Positions 50,576 through 59,030 of a stretch of DNA of 64,000 nucleotides are shown here, in pieces. Below the pieces are notes generated by a model, which searched no databases, was not told the origin of the DNA, and saw only the letters and a program-made list of their open reading frames with translations. Made by a program: the position numbers and the translations under genes. How positions within the stretch are numbered: position 1 is the stretch's first letter; every line of letters starts with the position of its first letter. Origin of the DNA: Candidatus Latescibacterota bacterium (lineage in GTDB: Bacteria; Latescibacterota; CBDEFO01); NCBI GenBank assembly GCA_965248755.1, contig OZ252149.1, positions 2,016,001 through 2,080,000 on the forward strand. Direction: 5' to 3'.

Positions 50576-51385
50576 TTATAGACTCTGCTTCGCGTATGTA
50601 ACAGCGTTTTGGAAGATAGCCATTCCATCCCCTCTTTCTTTAAGCCCCTCTCTGGTCCATCTGGGATGCTGCGTCGGATGAATGTGCCTTTCAGGGTGAG
50701 GCATCAGACCGAATATCCTGCCCGTTGGATCGCATATTCCAGCTATACGATCCGTCGAACCGTTGGGATTCCAGGGGTAGTCCGCTGGATTTCCGTGATC
50801 GTCAACGTATCTGAGGACTATCTGACGGTTCTCCACAAGGGCAGACAGTGTCTCCTGGTCTCTTGTTATGAATTTTCCTTCGCCGTGCGCCACGGGTAGA
50901 TAGATCTTGCTATCTAGATCCTGTGTGAAGACGCACTTGGTCTCTTCGCCTTTTTCCAGATAGACCCATCTGTCTTCAAATTTGCCGGAGTCGTTGTTTG
51001 TGAGCGTGGCCTCAGCCAGTGGGGCTTCCGCCTGAGGCTTGTACGACCCCTCCAAAGCTGGAAGCAGTCCCGCTTTGACGAGGGCCTGGAAGCCGTTGCA
51101 TATGCCTATTACGAGCTTTCCGTCCTCTATGAACCTCCCAATCTGATCGTAAAGTTTGTACCTGAGTTCGTTGGCAAGTATCTTGCCGGCTGCGACATCG
51201 TCTCCGTAGGTGAAGCCTCCGGGAAGGGCAAGGATGTGATACTCAGAGAGGAAGGAAGGAGCTTTTATTACGCGGTTTATATGGATCAGACTCGTCTCGG
51301 CGCCTGCTTGCTGGAGGGCAAACTCGGTCTCCTGGTCGCAGTTGGTTCCGGCGGTCCTTAGTATTACGGCTTTGACTTCCGCCAT
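50576..51385 (-). CDS. purQ: Phosphoribosylformylglycinamidine synthase subunit PurQ
   Basis: GTNCD, PGGFTYGD, GICNGFQ, AHGEG, NPNGS and MPHPER motifs. Confidence 0.96.
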   Translation of the reverse strand: MAEVKAVILRTAGTNCDQETEFALQQAGAETSLIHINRVIKAPSFLSEYHILALPGGFTYGDDVAAGKILANELRYKLYDQIGRFIEDGKLVIGICNGFQALVKAGLLPALEGSYKPQAEAPLAEATLTNNDSGKFEDRWVYLEKGEETKCVFTQDLDSKIYLPVAHGEGKFITRDQETLSALVENRQIVLRYVDDHGNPADYPWNPNGSTDRIAGICDPTGRIFGLMPHPERHIHPTQHPRWTREGLKERGDGMAIFQNAVTYAKQSL

Positions 51386-51391
51386 TATCCC

Positions 51392-52798
51392 CTAATCCTT
51401 ATATTCTTCAGAATCTATCCCGAATTCGTCCATCAATCTTTTTAGATGTCTCGGAGTTATTTCAAGAATCAAGGCGGCCTTACCGATTGCACCTTGGGAT
51501 TGGGAAAGGGCATTGTCCAGGATTTCAAATTTAGCCCTGTTCACCGCTTCTCTTAGAGTCAGGTCTCCGATCTGGTTTTCATCGGGGGAAACAGGAGATT
51601 CTTCAAGCTCCCGGTGCATTTCAAGCTCTAAATCTTCAGGCTCGATGTATCTGTCGCTCCCGCCGAACAGGAGGGAATTCTCTATAGCGTTTTTGAGTTC
51701 TCTGACGTTTCCGGGCCAATCGTATCGGGAGATCTTGTGTAAGGATTCGTCGGAGAGTTGTTTGTATATCTCAAGGTTTTTGGAGTACAGATCCAGGAAG
51801 TATTCGGCAAGGAGAGGTATGTCGCTCCTGCGCTCTCTTAAGAGAGGCAGCTCTATGATTGCGACTCTGAGCCTGTGATAAAGGTCGTCCCGGAACTGGC
51901 CCGATTTCACAAGTTCGGAGAGGTCTCTGTTCGTGGCGACGATGATTCTGGCCTCAAGTTGCAACTGACTATTTCCGCCGAGGCGTTCGAAGGTCCTGTC
52001 CTGGAGCACCCTTAAGAGCTTGATCTGCACCTCTATGGGGATGTTCTCCACCTCATCCAGAAAGAGCGTCCCGGAGCCTGCCGACTCCAGCTTTGCGATG
52101 CGCCTCTGCGTGGCTCCGGTGTAGGCTCCCTTTTCGTGTCCGAATAGTTCGCTAGATGCAAGGTCAGGCGAAGTCTTTGAGACATCGGCGACCACAAAGG
52201 GGGATCTACCGCTCAAGGTGTGTATAGCCCTTGCCACAAGTTCTTTGCCTGTTCCGGTCTCCCCCTTTATAAGGATTGTGGAATCTACACGAGCGGCTTT
52301 TTGTATCCTGTCGAAGACCTTGAGCATCTCTTCGGATTTCCCTATGATTCCCATAAACCTATCTGACTCGTTGAGCCTCTCTTTAAGTCTTTCGTTTTCG
52401 CGTTTGAGATCTGCTCTGTCCAATGCCCTATCTACGATGACAGAAAGGACATCCCTCCTCACGGGCTTTTCTAAGAAATCGTAGGCTCCCGACTTGAGCA
52501 TTGCCTCTATCTTGGTGGCATCTCTTTGCGAGCCACTGATCACGACGACCTCTGTGGAGCGTTCCTTCTTTCTGACAGCGCTTAAAAAATCGAGCCCGTC
52601 TCTGCTGCTTCCCGTGTCGAATTTGAGATCCAGGAGGATAAGGTCTGGCTTTGCGCGTTCATATTGCCTCAAGCCCTCTTGAGGGTCTGAGGCGATAACG
52701 ACCTTGCAGTCCTTGGAAGAGAGTATCTCAGCGTAGAGGTCTCTATTGTACTCTTCGTCTTCGACTATGAGGATAGTATATCTGTTCCGAGAGTCCAT
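51392..52798 (-). CDS. Sigma54-dependent response regulator (NtrC family)
   Basis: REC domain; GETGTGKE, SELFGHEKGAYTGA, LFLDE, FRDDLYHRL and WPGNVREL motifs; C-terminal HTH. Confidence 0.95.
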   Translation of the reverse strand: MDSRNRYTILIVEDEEYNRDLYAEILSSKDCKVVIASDPQEGLRQYERAKPDLILLDLKFDTGSSRDGLDFLSAVRKKERSTEVVVISGSQRDATKIEAMLKSGAYDFLEKPVRRDVLSVIVDRALDRADLKRENERLKERLNESDRFMGIIGKSEEMLKVFDRIQKAARVDSTILIKGETGTGKELVARAIHTLSGRSPFVVADVSKTSPDLASSELFGHEKGAYTGATQRRIAKLESAGSGTLFLDEVENIPIEVQIKLLRVLQDRTFERLGGNSQLQLEARIIVATNRDLSELVKSGQFRDDLYHRLRVAIIELPLLRERRSDIPLLAEYFLDLYSKNLEIYKQLSDESLHKISRYDWPGNVRELKNAIENSLLFGGSDRYIEPEDLELEMHRELEESPVSPDENQIGDLTLREAVNRAKFEILDNALSQSQGAIGKAALILEITPRHLKRLMDEFGIDSEEYKD

Positions 52799-52834
52799 AG
52801 TCTATTGCTCCAAAACAGTAGACAGATTGTGTGG

Positions 52835-53024
52835 TGCGAGGCGCCCTGGGTGCTCTGTTGATAGGGGACAAGCCACAAAGTGCGCGCCTCCGGGGCAGAC
52901 ACATAGCTCTGCCCGTACATATAGATATATACATAGGGACGAACCCTCCCCATGAATGTAGGGGCGATCCCCGATAGAGTCAATCGGGGACTCAATCGGG
53001 GAGGGTTCACCCCGAAGCAATCTC
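52835..53024. repeat. Composite REP/palindrome cluster
   Basis: GGGCAGACACATAGCTCTGCCCGTAC; GTAGGGGCG; 23-bp palindrome at 52968-52990 plus a half copy; GGGTTCACCCCGAAGCAATCTC. Confidence 0.75.
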
Positions 53025-53052
53025 CGTTAGACTGCCTCTCCCTGTATGCAGT

Positions 53053-54645
53053 CTACTTGTCAGTCACCGGAAGTTTGACAATGAAGGTAGTGCCGGCCCC
53101 GACCTGGCTCTGGACGTCAATGGCCCCGCCATGTTTTTTTACCACTTCAAGGGACCCTGGAAGCCCGATGCCCATGCCGCCCTTCTTGTCGGTGGTGAAG
53201 AAATTGAATATATCCCGAATCTTCTCCTCCGGTATTCCGATCCCTGTGTCGCTGAACTTGATCTCTGCGCTCCGGCTATTATGCCCCTTGATGTCGATGG
53301 ACAAAGAACCGCCGTCTTCCATCGCCTGATAGGCGTTTAGAACGATATTCGAGAAGACATCTACCATCTGTTCGGGATCGACTTCTATCGGCGGAACGTC
53401 TTTGCTGTACTCTTTGTGAACCTGTATATTCTCGGGCCTGGGAATTCTATCCAGAGAGGCGTCTATGAGGGTGGGGATACTGTAAGGCTCTTTTCGCGGC
53501 TCTTCGGGAACGGCTCTCCTCATCCTGCTTATGTCCTTTTTGACCAGCCCCAGATGTCTGTCTATTCCGTCCAGCGCCCTTTCGAGCCTGAGATCGGACG
53601 TGCCCCCTTTGAGTGTCCTTTCTCTAATTTCGGCAGCAAACGTATCTATAGGATTTAGGAGGTTGCTGATATTGTGGGCTATCCTCCAGGTGCTCCTTCC
53701 TACCACCGCCAGCCTTTCTGACTCCTTCAGTTCATCCTGACGCTTCTTAATCTCAGAGAGCATGTATTTAAAGGCTCTGGAAAGCCCTCCTATCTCGTCG
53801 TTTCTATCTATGCCTGAAATATCTGCGTCCAATGCTCCTCCCGACGGAGTCGAGGCTCGACCTATTTTCTGGACATCTTCTGTGAGCCGCTTTATGGGCT
53901 TTACCGTCTGTCTTATAAGAACATAGAAAAATGTAAGAGACAGCAGCGCGGCGGATAGCCCCACGATGCTCAGAAAAGGTACAGTAGGCATCACAGGGCG
54001 GTAGTAGCCTATCTTGAGGACAAAGTCCCCGCGGTCCGATTCTATCCTCACTCCCACATCCTGGACCATCTCTCCCCCGTAGCGTATCTCATCGGAGATG
54101 ATACCTTTGCCGTTATAGAGAAGCTCTTCTACGAGGTCGTAATCTCTGGGATCAGTGGAATACCCCTGTTCCTCCTCAACGTCTGTGGAAAGGTGGAACT
54201 TATGATCGTCACCTATTATCTTGATGTAGGCTATAAAGTCGCTCTTGTATTGGCTCTTGAGGAATTGGAATACAGCGTTTGCGGTGTAGTTATCTACGAG
54301 GGAACTTACAATATTGGCGACTTCTTTGGTTATGGGTTCGTATCCCTTTTCGAACATCTGGGCTTCATATTGTCGTCTTTCGAGCATCGTGGATATGAGG
54401 GAAAATAGAGCGACTACCAGTATGGATATTACGAATATAACCGTAGTCTTAAAGAGTATACCGACACGGAATCTGCGCTCGATCCCTTTGACTTCGACCT
54501 CACTCACTGATCTATCGCCTCCACCCGAAAGACAGTAGTCACTGGAAAGTGCATATCCGCCTATGTATAAAAATGTAACAATATTAAGGCCAAAAAGCAA
54601 CCTTATTGTGACCCCCCTAAACATAGTAGACAGTAAACAGGGCAC
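53053..54645 (-). CDS. Membrane sensor histidine kinase (HAMP, HisKA, HATPase)
   Basis: RNDEIGGLSRAF, IAHNISNLLNPI, NIVLNAYQAM, DTGIGI, GMGIGL and GAGTTF motifs; start uncertain. Confidence 0.93.
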   Translation of the reverse strand: MPCLLSTMFRGVTIRLLFGLNIVTFLYIGGYALSSDYCLSGGGDRSVSEVEVKGIERRFRVGILFKTTVIFVISILVVALFSLISTMLERRQYEAQMFEKGYEPITKEVANIVSSLVDNYTANAVFQFLKSQYKSDFIAYIKIIGDDHKFHLSTDVEEEQGYSTDPRDYDLVEELLYNGKGIISDEIRYGGEMVQDVGVRIESDRGDFVLKIGYYRPVMPTVPFLSIVGLSAALLSLTFFYVLIRQTVKPIKRLTEDVQKIGRASTPSGGALDADISGIDRNDEIGGLSRAFKYMLSEIKKRQDELKESERLAVVGRSTWRIAHNISNLLNPIDTFAAEIRERTLKGGTSDLRLERALDGIDRHLGLVKKDISRMRRAVPEEPRKEPYSIPTLIDASLDRIPRPENIQVHKEYSKDVPPIEVDPEQMVDVFSNIVLNAYQAMEDGGSLSIDIKGHNSRSAEIKFSDTGIGIPEEKIRDIFNFFTTDKKGGMGIGLPGSLEVVKKHGGAIDVQSQVGAGTTFIVKLPVTDK

Positions 54646-54660
54646 CGCCTCCCTTCCCTT

Positions 54661-54830
54661 GAGATTGCTTCGCTATCGCTCGCAATGACAATTCATTTTG
54701 CTAAGGTCATTGCGCGGAGGCCTACCCCCGAATGATTGATCCCCGATAGATTCAATTGGGGAGGGTTCGCCCCGAAGCGATCCCCGACCCCGGAAAGGTT
54801 GAATCGGGGGCAATCGGGGACGGATCTCGC
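54661..54830. repeat. Composite repeat cluster with nested 23-bp palindromes
   Basis: GAGATTGCTTCGCTATCGCTCGCAATGAC; GTCATTGCG..; palindromes at 54740-54762 and nested at 54781-54820. Confidence 0.8.
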
Positions 54831-54956
54831 AGTCAGTACACCAAAGACACAGCCTCCTATCCCATTTTCCTGTGTTTCAGTCAAAAAATCTTTCCCCATA
54901 AAGGATATAGTATATATTGATAGGCACAACTGAGCAGTAGGAAAGATAAACCATCT

Positions 54957-56027
54957 ATGGGAACTGAGACTTACACAAAGGTACCAAACGATATTATGGA
55001 AGGTATTTTGTGCAAGGGGTTGCTTTCAAAAAGAGAATCGCAAATCTTCTGTGTCATACTCAGAGAACGGTATAACGGCCAGTGGACAGTACGCCCTCTA
55101 CGCGTTCAAAAGATCGCCGATTTTACTCGACTTGGTAGAGCAAATGCTTCCACTACTATAGGAGAGATGCTGAAGAAAAATATCATAAGACAAAGAGACG
55201 GAAAGAAAGGAAGATACTATCAAATTAATACAGATCCCCCAACTTGGATCACTAAAGGTTGTCAAAACAACAGCAAAAAGTTATTGAAACGATAACTAAA
55301 AGTTGTCAAAACGACAACAATTGTTCCTCTAATCCATTGTTCCGCAAGGCGATACCGAGTCCTAAGGAAGCACCTAAAGGAAGTATCTAAGAAAGTATAT
55401 GATGAAGATGGTAGTGCGGTCACTAAGGCACCAGACGAGACAGCATCGAAGTCTCTACAGACTTCAGCTTCAGCATCATCTTTCATAGAAATTCTATCGC
55501 AGAACATACCCGACTTCCCCGAAGACGGAAGGATACTTGAAGTAGCTAAGCGATGCGTCGAAGAGGACCCAGATGTAGATGAACGCCAGGTTGCCCAGAA
55601 CTTCGTAAACTGGAAGGATCGCCCTACACTTACTCCCAAAAACATCGAATCCATCATTCAAAATCAATTTAGAACTGCCAGGGGAAAGGGCTATTATCGC
55701 AAAGAGAGGAAGATAAACCGTCACCCTGGACAGATCCGAAAGACAAAGCAGTATATAGAAGAACTGAGAGAAACAGACGCCGAGTTAGAGTCACAAACCC
55801 CTGAGGAGAGACAGGCAAAATGAGCAGGCATTAAGCAAATAATGGAGGAAAGCTCAAGAAAGGCTAAAGAGTTTAGAAAAAGGAAGAAGTCCGCTAACCG
55901 AGACTTCAAGAGCGGCAGAATAAGCAGAGAGGCCTACGATAGCATCTTGAAGCAGATTCGCGATGAGGCGCAAGATGCCTGGGGACAAGGCGAATCAGCA
56001 GACCGAATACAGGGAGAGGAAGTTTAA
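54957..56027 (+). pseudogene. Phage replication initiator (lambda O-like) pseudogene with internal iterons
   Basis: N-terminus YTKVPNDIMEGIL...LSKRESQIFCVILRE plus a wHTH-like segment. One continuous frame to 56027 is broken only by TAA 55293-55295 and TGA 55821-55823. Confidence 0.72.
55253..55318 (+). repeat. Three tandem 22-bp iteron-like repeats
   Basis: TAAAGGTTGTCAAAACAACAGC / AAAAAGTTATTGAAACGATAAC / TAAAAGTTGTCAAAACGACAAC. Confidence 0.85.
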
Positions 56028-56100
56028 GGGAGATTGTTTGAGGCTGTACCTCCTCCCAATTACCCAACAACAAGCAATGTCTTTACGAGTACAGCCCGGT

Positions 56101-56190
56101 GTCATTGCGAGCGAAGCGAAGCAATCTCAAGTGAGGGGAGGCGGTACCCTGTCTACCCCCGATAGATTCCATCGGAGACTACTGTCTACT
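56101..56190. repeat. Repeat cluster
   Basis: GTCATTGCGAGCGAAGCGAAGCAATCTC; GGGAGGCGGTACCCTGTCTA[23-bp palindrome 56156-56178]CTACTGTCTACT. Confidence 0.8.
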
Positions 56191-56704
56191 ATTTAATCAC
56201 CTTGATCTCTTTGGAGGACTCAAATGGAGAAGCATGATTAGGCTCCTCCACAGCTCTTAACGTAACGCTCTCCTCCAGGGCGATGGTGAAGGTGACCTTA
56301 GGCTTGGTGTGGATCGGGTGCAGATAGGCTCGTGCAAGTTCAATTTCGCCTTTGTATATGGCTATCCAGCGGACATGGTGTTGAAAGAGCGTGGGATGGA
56401 GAGCTCCCGCTCCGACCGTCACGGTCACATCGAACCATTCACCCGCTTTAACTGTGTCCGGGGCATCTATCCTGGGGACGTGCTTGGGGTCGTCCTCCAC
56501 CTTGACTCTATTGATCTTTTTGAAATTAGTCACGACACTTTCATCTGTTACCTGATCCGCCATCTTTTCATCGGCAAAGACTGACGGGACGACTGTGCCG
56601 AAGATAATCCACAGGGCAACGGCAGAAAATGCAGAGGCCAATCCATAGATAAATCTTACCTTGACATTTGAGCACTTTTTAGCTATATCTAACCTTATAT
56701 TCAC
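56189..56704 (-). CDS. Exported superoxide reductase/neelaredoxin-like (SORL) domain protein
   Basis: AGGAGG RBS before GTG 56704; signal peptide; KHVP, HP and HHVRWI motifs; EPNH where CNxH is expected. Confidence 0.78.
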   Translation of the reverse strand: MNIRLDIAKKCSNVKVRFIYGLASAFSAVALWIIFGTVVPSVFADEKMADQVTDESVVTNFKKINRVKVEDDPKHVPRIDAPDTVKAGEWFDVTVTVGAGALHPTLFQHHVRWIAIYKGEIELARAYLHPIHTKPKVTFTIALEESVTLRAVEEPNHASPFESSKEIKVIK

Positions 56705-56896
56705 CTTACGCCTCCTGATGTTTAGGTTTTGATCCAAGATGCCAATTACGAGGCGATATGCCAATTGCGAGACCAATGACGAGGCCTAATTATAACTGCT
56801 GCGGAATCTCATGTCAAGGGAAAAATTAGAGATTCTTTCGCCCCGAAGCAATCTCAACCTGCAAGATCGTCTGAACAGCAAAATCCAGATTGCTTC

Positions 56897-56919
56897 CCCC
56901 CGATAGATTCAATCGGGGG
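56897..56919. repeat. 23-bp palindrome inside a GATTGCTTC..GCAGTGAC repeat
   Basis: CCCCCGATAGATTCAATCGGGGG. Confidence 0.85.
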
Positions 56920-57178
56920 ACGCCCGCAGTGACGGTTTAGGAGGAGGAACTGTCCACAGATGAAGCAGATGGTTATTTCTCTGTTCTGTTTAGTCTTTCA
57001 GTTCGATGAAGCGATCGAGCAGAAGTGGATAAGAGAGTGGCTTTCTACGCCAACTCTGTGAGATATGCAGCGGCTATATCAGGCCCCGACTACGCCACCT
57101 CTAAGAACGGCTGGTAGGAACTAACGAAGAACCTGCAGGAGATGCAGGAATTAAGCGAGTTAAAGACAAGGAGGAAAC

Positions 57179-57967
57179 TTGATGAGAAAGATTAAATATA
57201 GAAACAGAAAGGGGGGAGGCGGTGCCCTGTCTCCCGTCTACTGTCTACTGTCTACTGCCTTCCTGGTCTTCCTCTCTATTTCGGACCTTTCAGAGGCATC
57301 AGCAGAGGTAGGGACGATTGGGGGAAGAGTGACCTTTGAAGGAGAGATTCCCAAGACGAAGGTGTTCAGGGTGACGATAGATAAATATACCTGTGGAGCT
57401 GAAAAGGCATCTCAGGAGCTGATAATCTCGCCGGATAGAGGGATAAAAAACGCTCTTCTATGGATAGAAGGCACCCCCGCTAAAAGGCAGCCGTCTGAAT
57501 CGGAAAAAGATGGATTCATCACAGAATCTTCATACCGACTCGATCAGCAAAATTGCGAATATGTCCCGCACGTTCTGGTCGTCCCTCCAGAGGTCGCACT
57601 GAAGATCACGAACAGCGATCCCATAGCTCACAACGTGCACACTATCTCAGATGAGAATCCGTCTTTCAACAAGTTCCAGCAGAAGAACAAGCTGTCCGTG
57701 GTCTTCCAATACCCTGAGATAATTCAGGTGGAATGCAACATGCACAGTTGGATGAAGGCGTGGATCGTTGTGGCTGATAGTACATATTATGCGCTGACGA
57801 ATAAAGACGGCTCGTTCAAAATAGAGAACATCCCGCCGGGGACCTATAAATTGAGGCTGTGGCACGAGTCCTTAGGGGAAAACGTAAAGGAAGTCATAGT
57901 TAAATTGGCAGAAGATTTGAAAGTGGACTTCAAACTCAGCAAGAGGAGTATGAATGAATCTGAATGA
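57179..57967 (+). CDS. Exported cupredoxin-domain protein with carboxypeptidase-regulatory-like domain
   Basis: LDQQNCEYVPHV, NSDPIAHNVH, CNMHSWM and GSFKIENIPPGTYKLRLWHE motifs. Confidence 0.82.
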   Translation: MMRKIKYRNRKGGGGALSPVYCLLSTAFLVFLSISDLSEASAEVGTIGGRVTFEGEIPKTKVFRVTIDKYTCGAEKASQELIISPDRGIKNALLWIEGTPAKRQPSESEKDGFITESSYRLDQQNCEYVPHVLVVPPEVALKITNSDPIAHNVHTISDENPSFNKFQQKNKLSVVFQYPEIIQVECNMHSWMKAWIVVADSTYYALTNKDGSFKIENIPPGTYKLRLWHESLGENVKEVIVKLAEDLKVDFKLSKRSMNESE

Positions 57968-58700
57968 CAGCGTCGCTATTGTCACAGGGGCAGGTAGAGG
58001 GATAGGAGAAGCTACCGCCTTGAGGATGGCAGAGTACGGAGCAAAAGTTGCCATCGTGGACATGGATGCACTGACTGCCCACACGGTGGCAGACAAGATA
58101 GAGGGTATGGGCCGAAGGGCAATCGCGGTGGTAGCAGATGTCTCCGACGCCTCGGATATCCGGAAGATAGTAGAAGCGACTTTGAAGGAGTTCAAAAGGA
58201 TTGATATTCTGGTGAATAACGCAGGGATCGCGGGCAAGAGCGCAAAGTTATGGGAACTTACAGAGGAGGACTGGGACTCGGCGATGGACGTGGACCTAAA
58301 GAGCGTCTTCTTGTGCTGCAAGGCCGTAGTCCCTCATATGATAGAGAGAAAATACGGAAAGATCGTGAACGTGGCTTCTATCGCGGGAAAAGAGGGAAAT
58401 CCAAATCTTACGGCTTACTCAACCGCAAAGGCGGGCGTTATATGTCTGACAAAGGCTCTGGCCAAAGAGGTGATCGATTACAATATAAACGTAAACTGCG
58501 TGTCTCCGGCCTTAGTAGATACTCCCCTATTGAGGCAGTTCCCTCAGCACGTCATAGATTATATGGTGGGCAAGATTCCGCTCGGCAGGCTGGGAACAGC
58601 TGATGAAGTGGCGGCTGTGATACATTTCTTGTCCTGTGACGATGCCAGCTTTGTTACAGGTCAGTGCTACGATGTCAGCGGAGGAAGAGCGACGTACTAA
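57954..58700 (+). CDS. Short-chain dehydrogenase/reductase (FabG-like)
   Basis: TGAGRGIG, NNAG, ASIAGKEGNP and YSTAK motifs. Confidence 0.93.
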   Translation: MNLNDSVAIVTGAGRGIGEATALRMAEYGAKVAIVDMDALTAHTVADKIEGMGRRAIAVVADVSDASDIRKIVEATLKEFKRIDILVNNAGIAGKSAKLWELTEEDWDSAMDVDLKSVFLCCKAVVPHMIERKYGKIVNVASIAGKEGNPNLTAYSTAKAGVICLTKALAKEVIDYNINVNCVSPALVDTPLLRQFPQHVIDYMVGKIPLGRLGTADEVAAVIHFLSCDDASFVTGQCYDVSGGRATY

Positions 58701-58705
58701 AGATT

Positions 58706-58977
58706 GTAGGGGCGGGATGAATCAATCTCGTAGTCAGTAAAAAGGTAAAGGCAACGCAAGCCACACTGGTCTGCCGCTGCAGATGAATGTTGGGGCGAAG
58801 TCCGCTCGCCCTTTGGGCGCACCCACCGTGTTCGCCAGATTTATCCGTATTCTCAGGGAAGACACACAGCTCTTCTCCTGTAGATGCACCGTTCTATGTA
58901 GGGGCGAGGTTCGCTCGCCCCCGATTCTGTCAACGAGTGCTTGAGATTGCTTCGGGGTGAACCTCCTCGCAATGACT
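58706..58977. repeat. REP-like cluster
   Basis: GTAGGGGCG.., GGGGCGAAGTCCGCTCGCCC, GTAGGGGCGAGGTTCGCTCGCCC and GAGATTGCTTCGGGGTGAACCTCCTCGCAATGAC. Confidence 0.75.
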
Positions 58978-59030
58978 AAGGGTAAAATAAGGAATATCAG
59001 CAGAACTTTTTATTCAGGAAGAGCCAAAAG

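Noticed and set aside
52743..53020. Several short ORFs in the repeat cluster (also 37860-38078 and 54693-54933)
   Set aside because: They are translations of REP/palindrome DNA with no coding signal.
54921..54936. Sigma54 promoter (AGGCAC..GC) near the NtrC pair
   Set aside because: The GG-GC spacing is one base short of the -24/-12 consensus.
55821..55823. Selenocysteine or recoded TGA in the initiator frame
   Set aside because: The same frame also has a TAA, TGA is a normal stop in many genes here, and the context is not redox-like.
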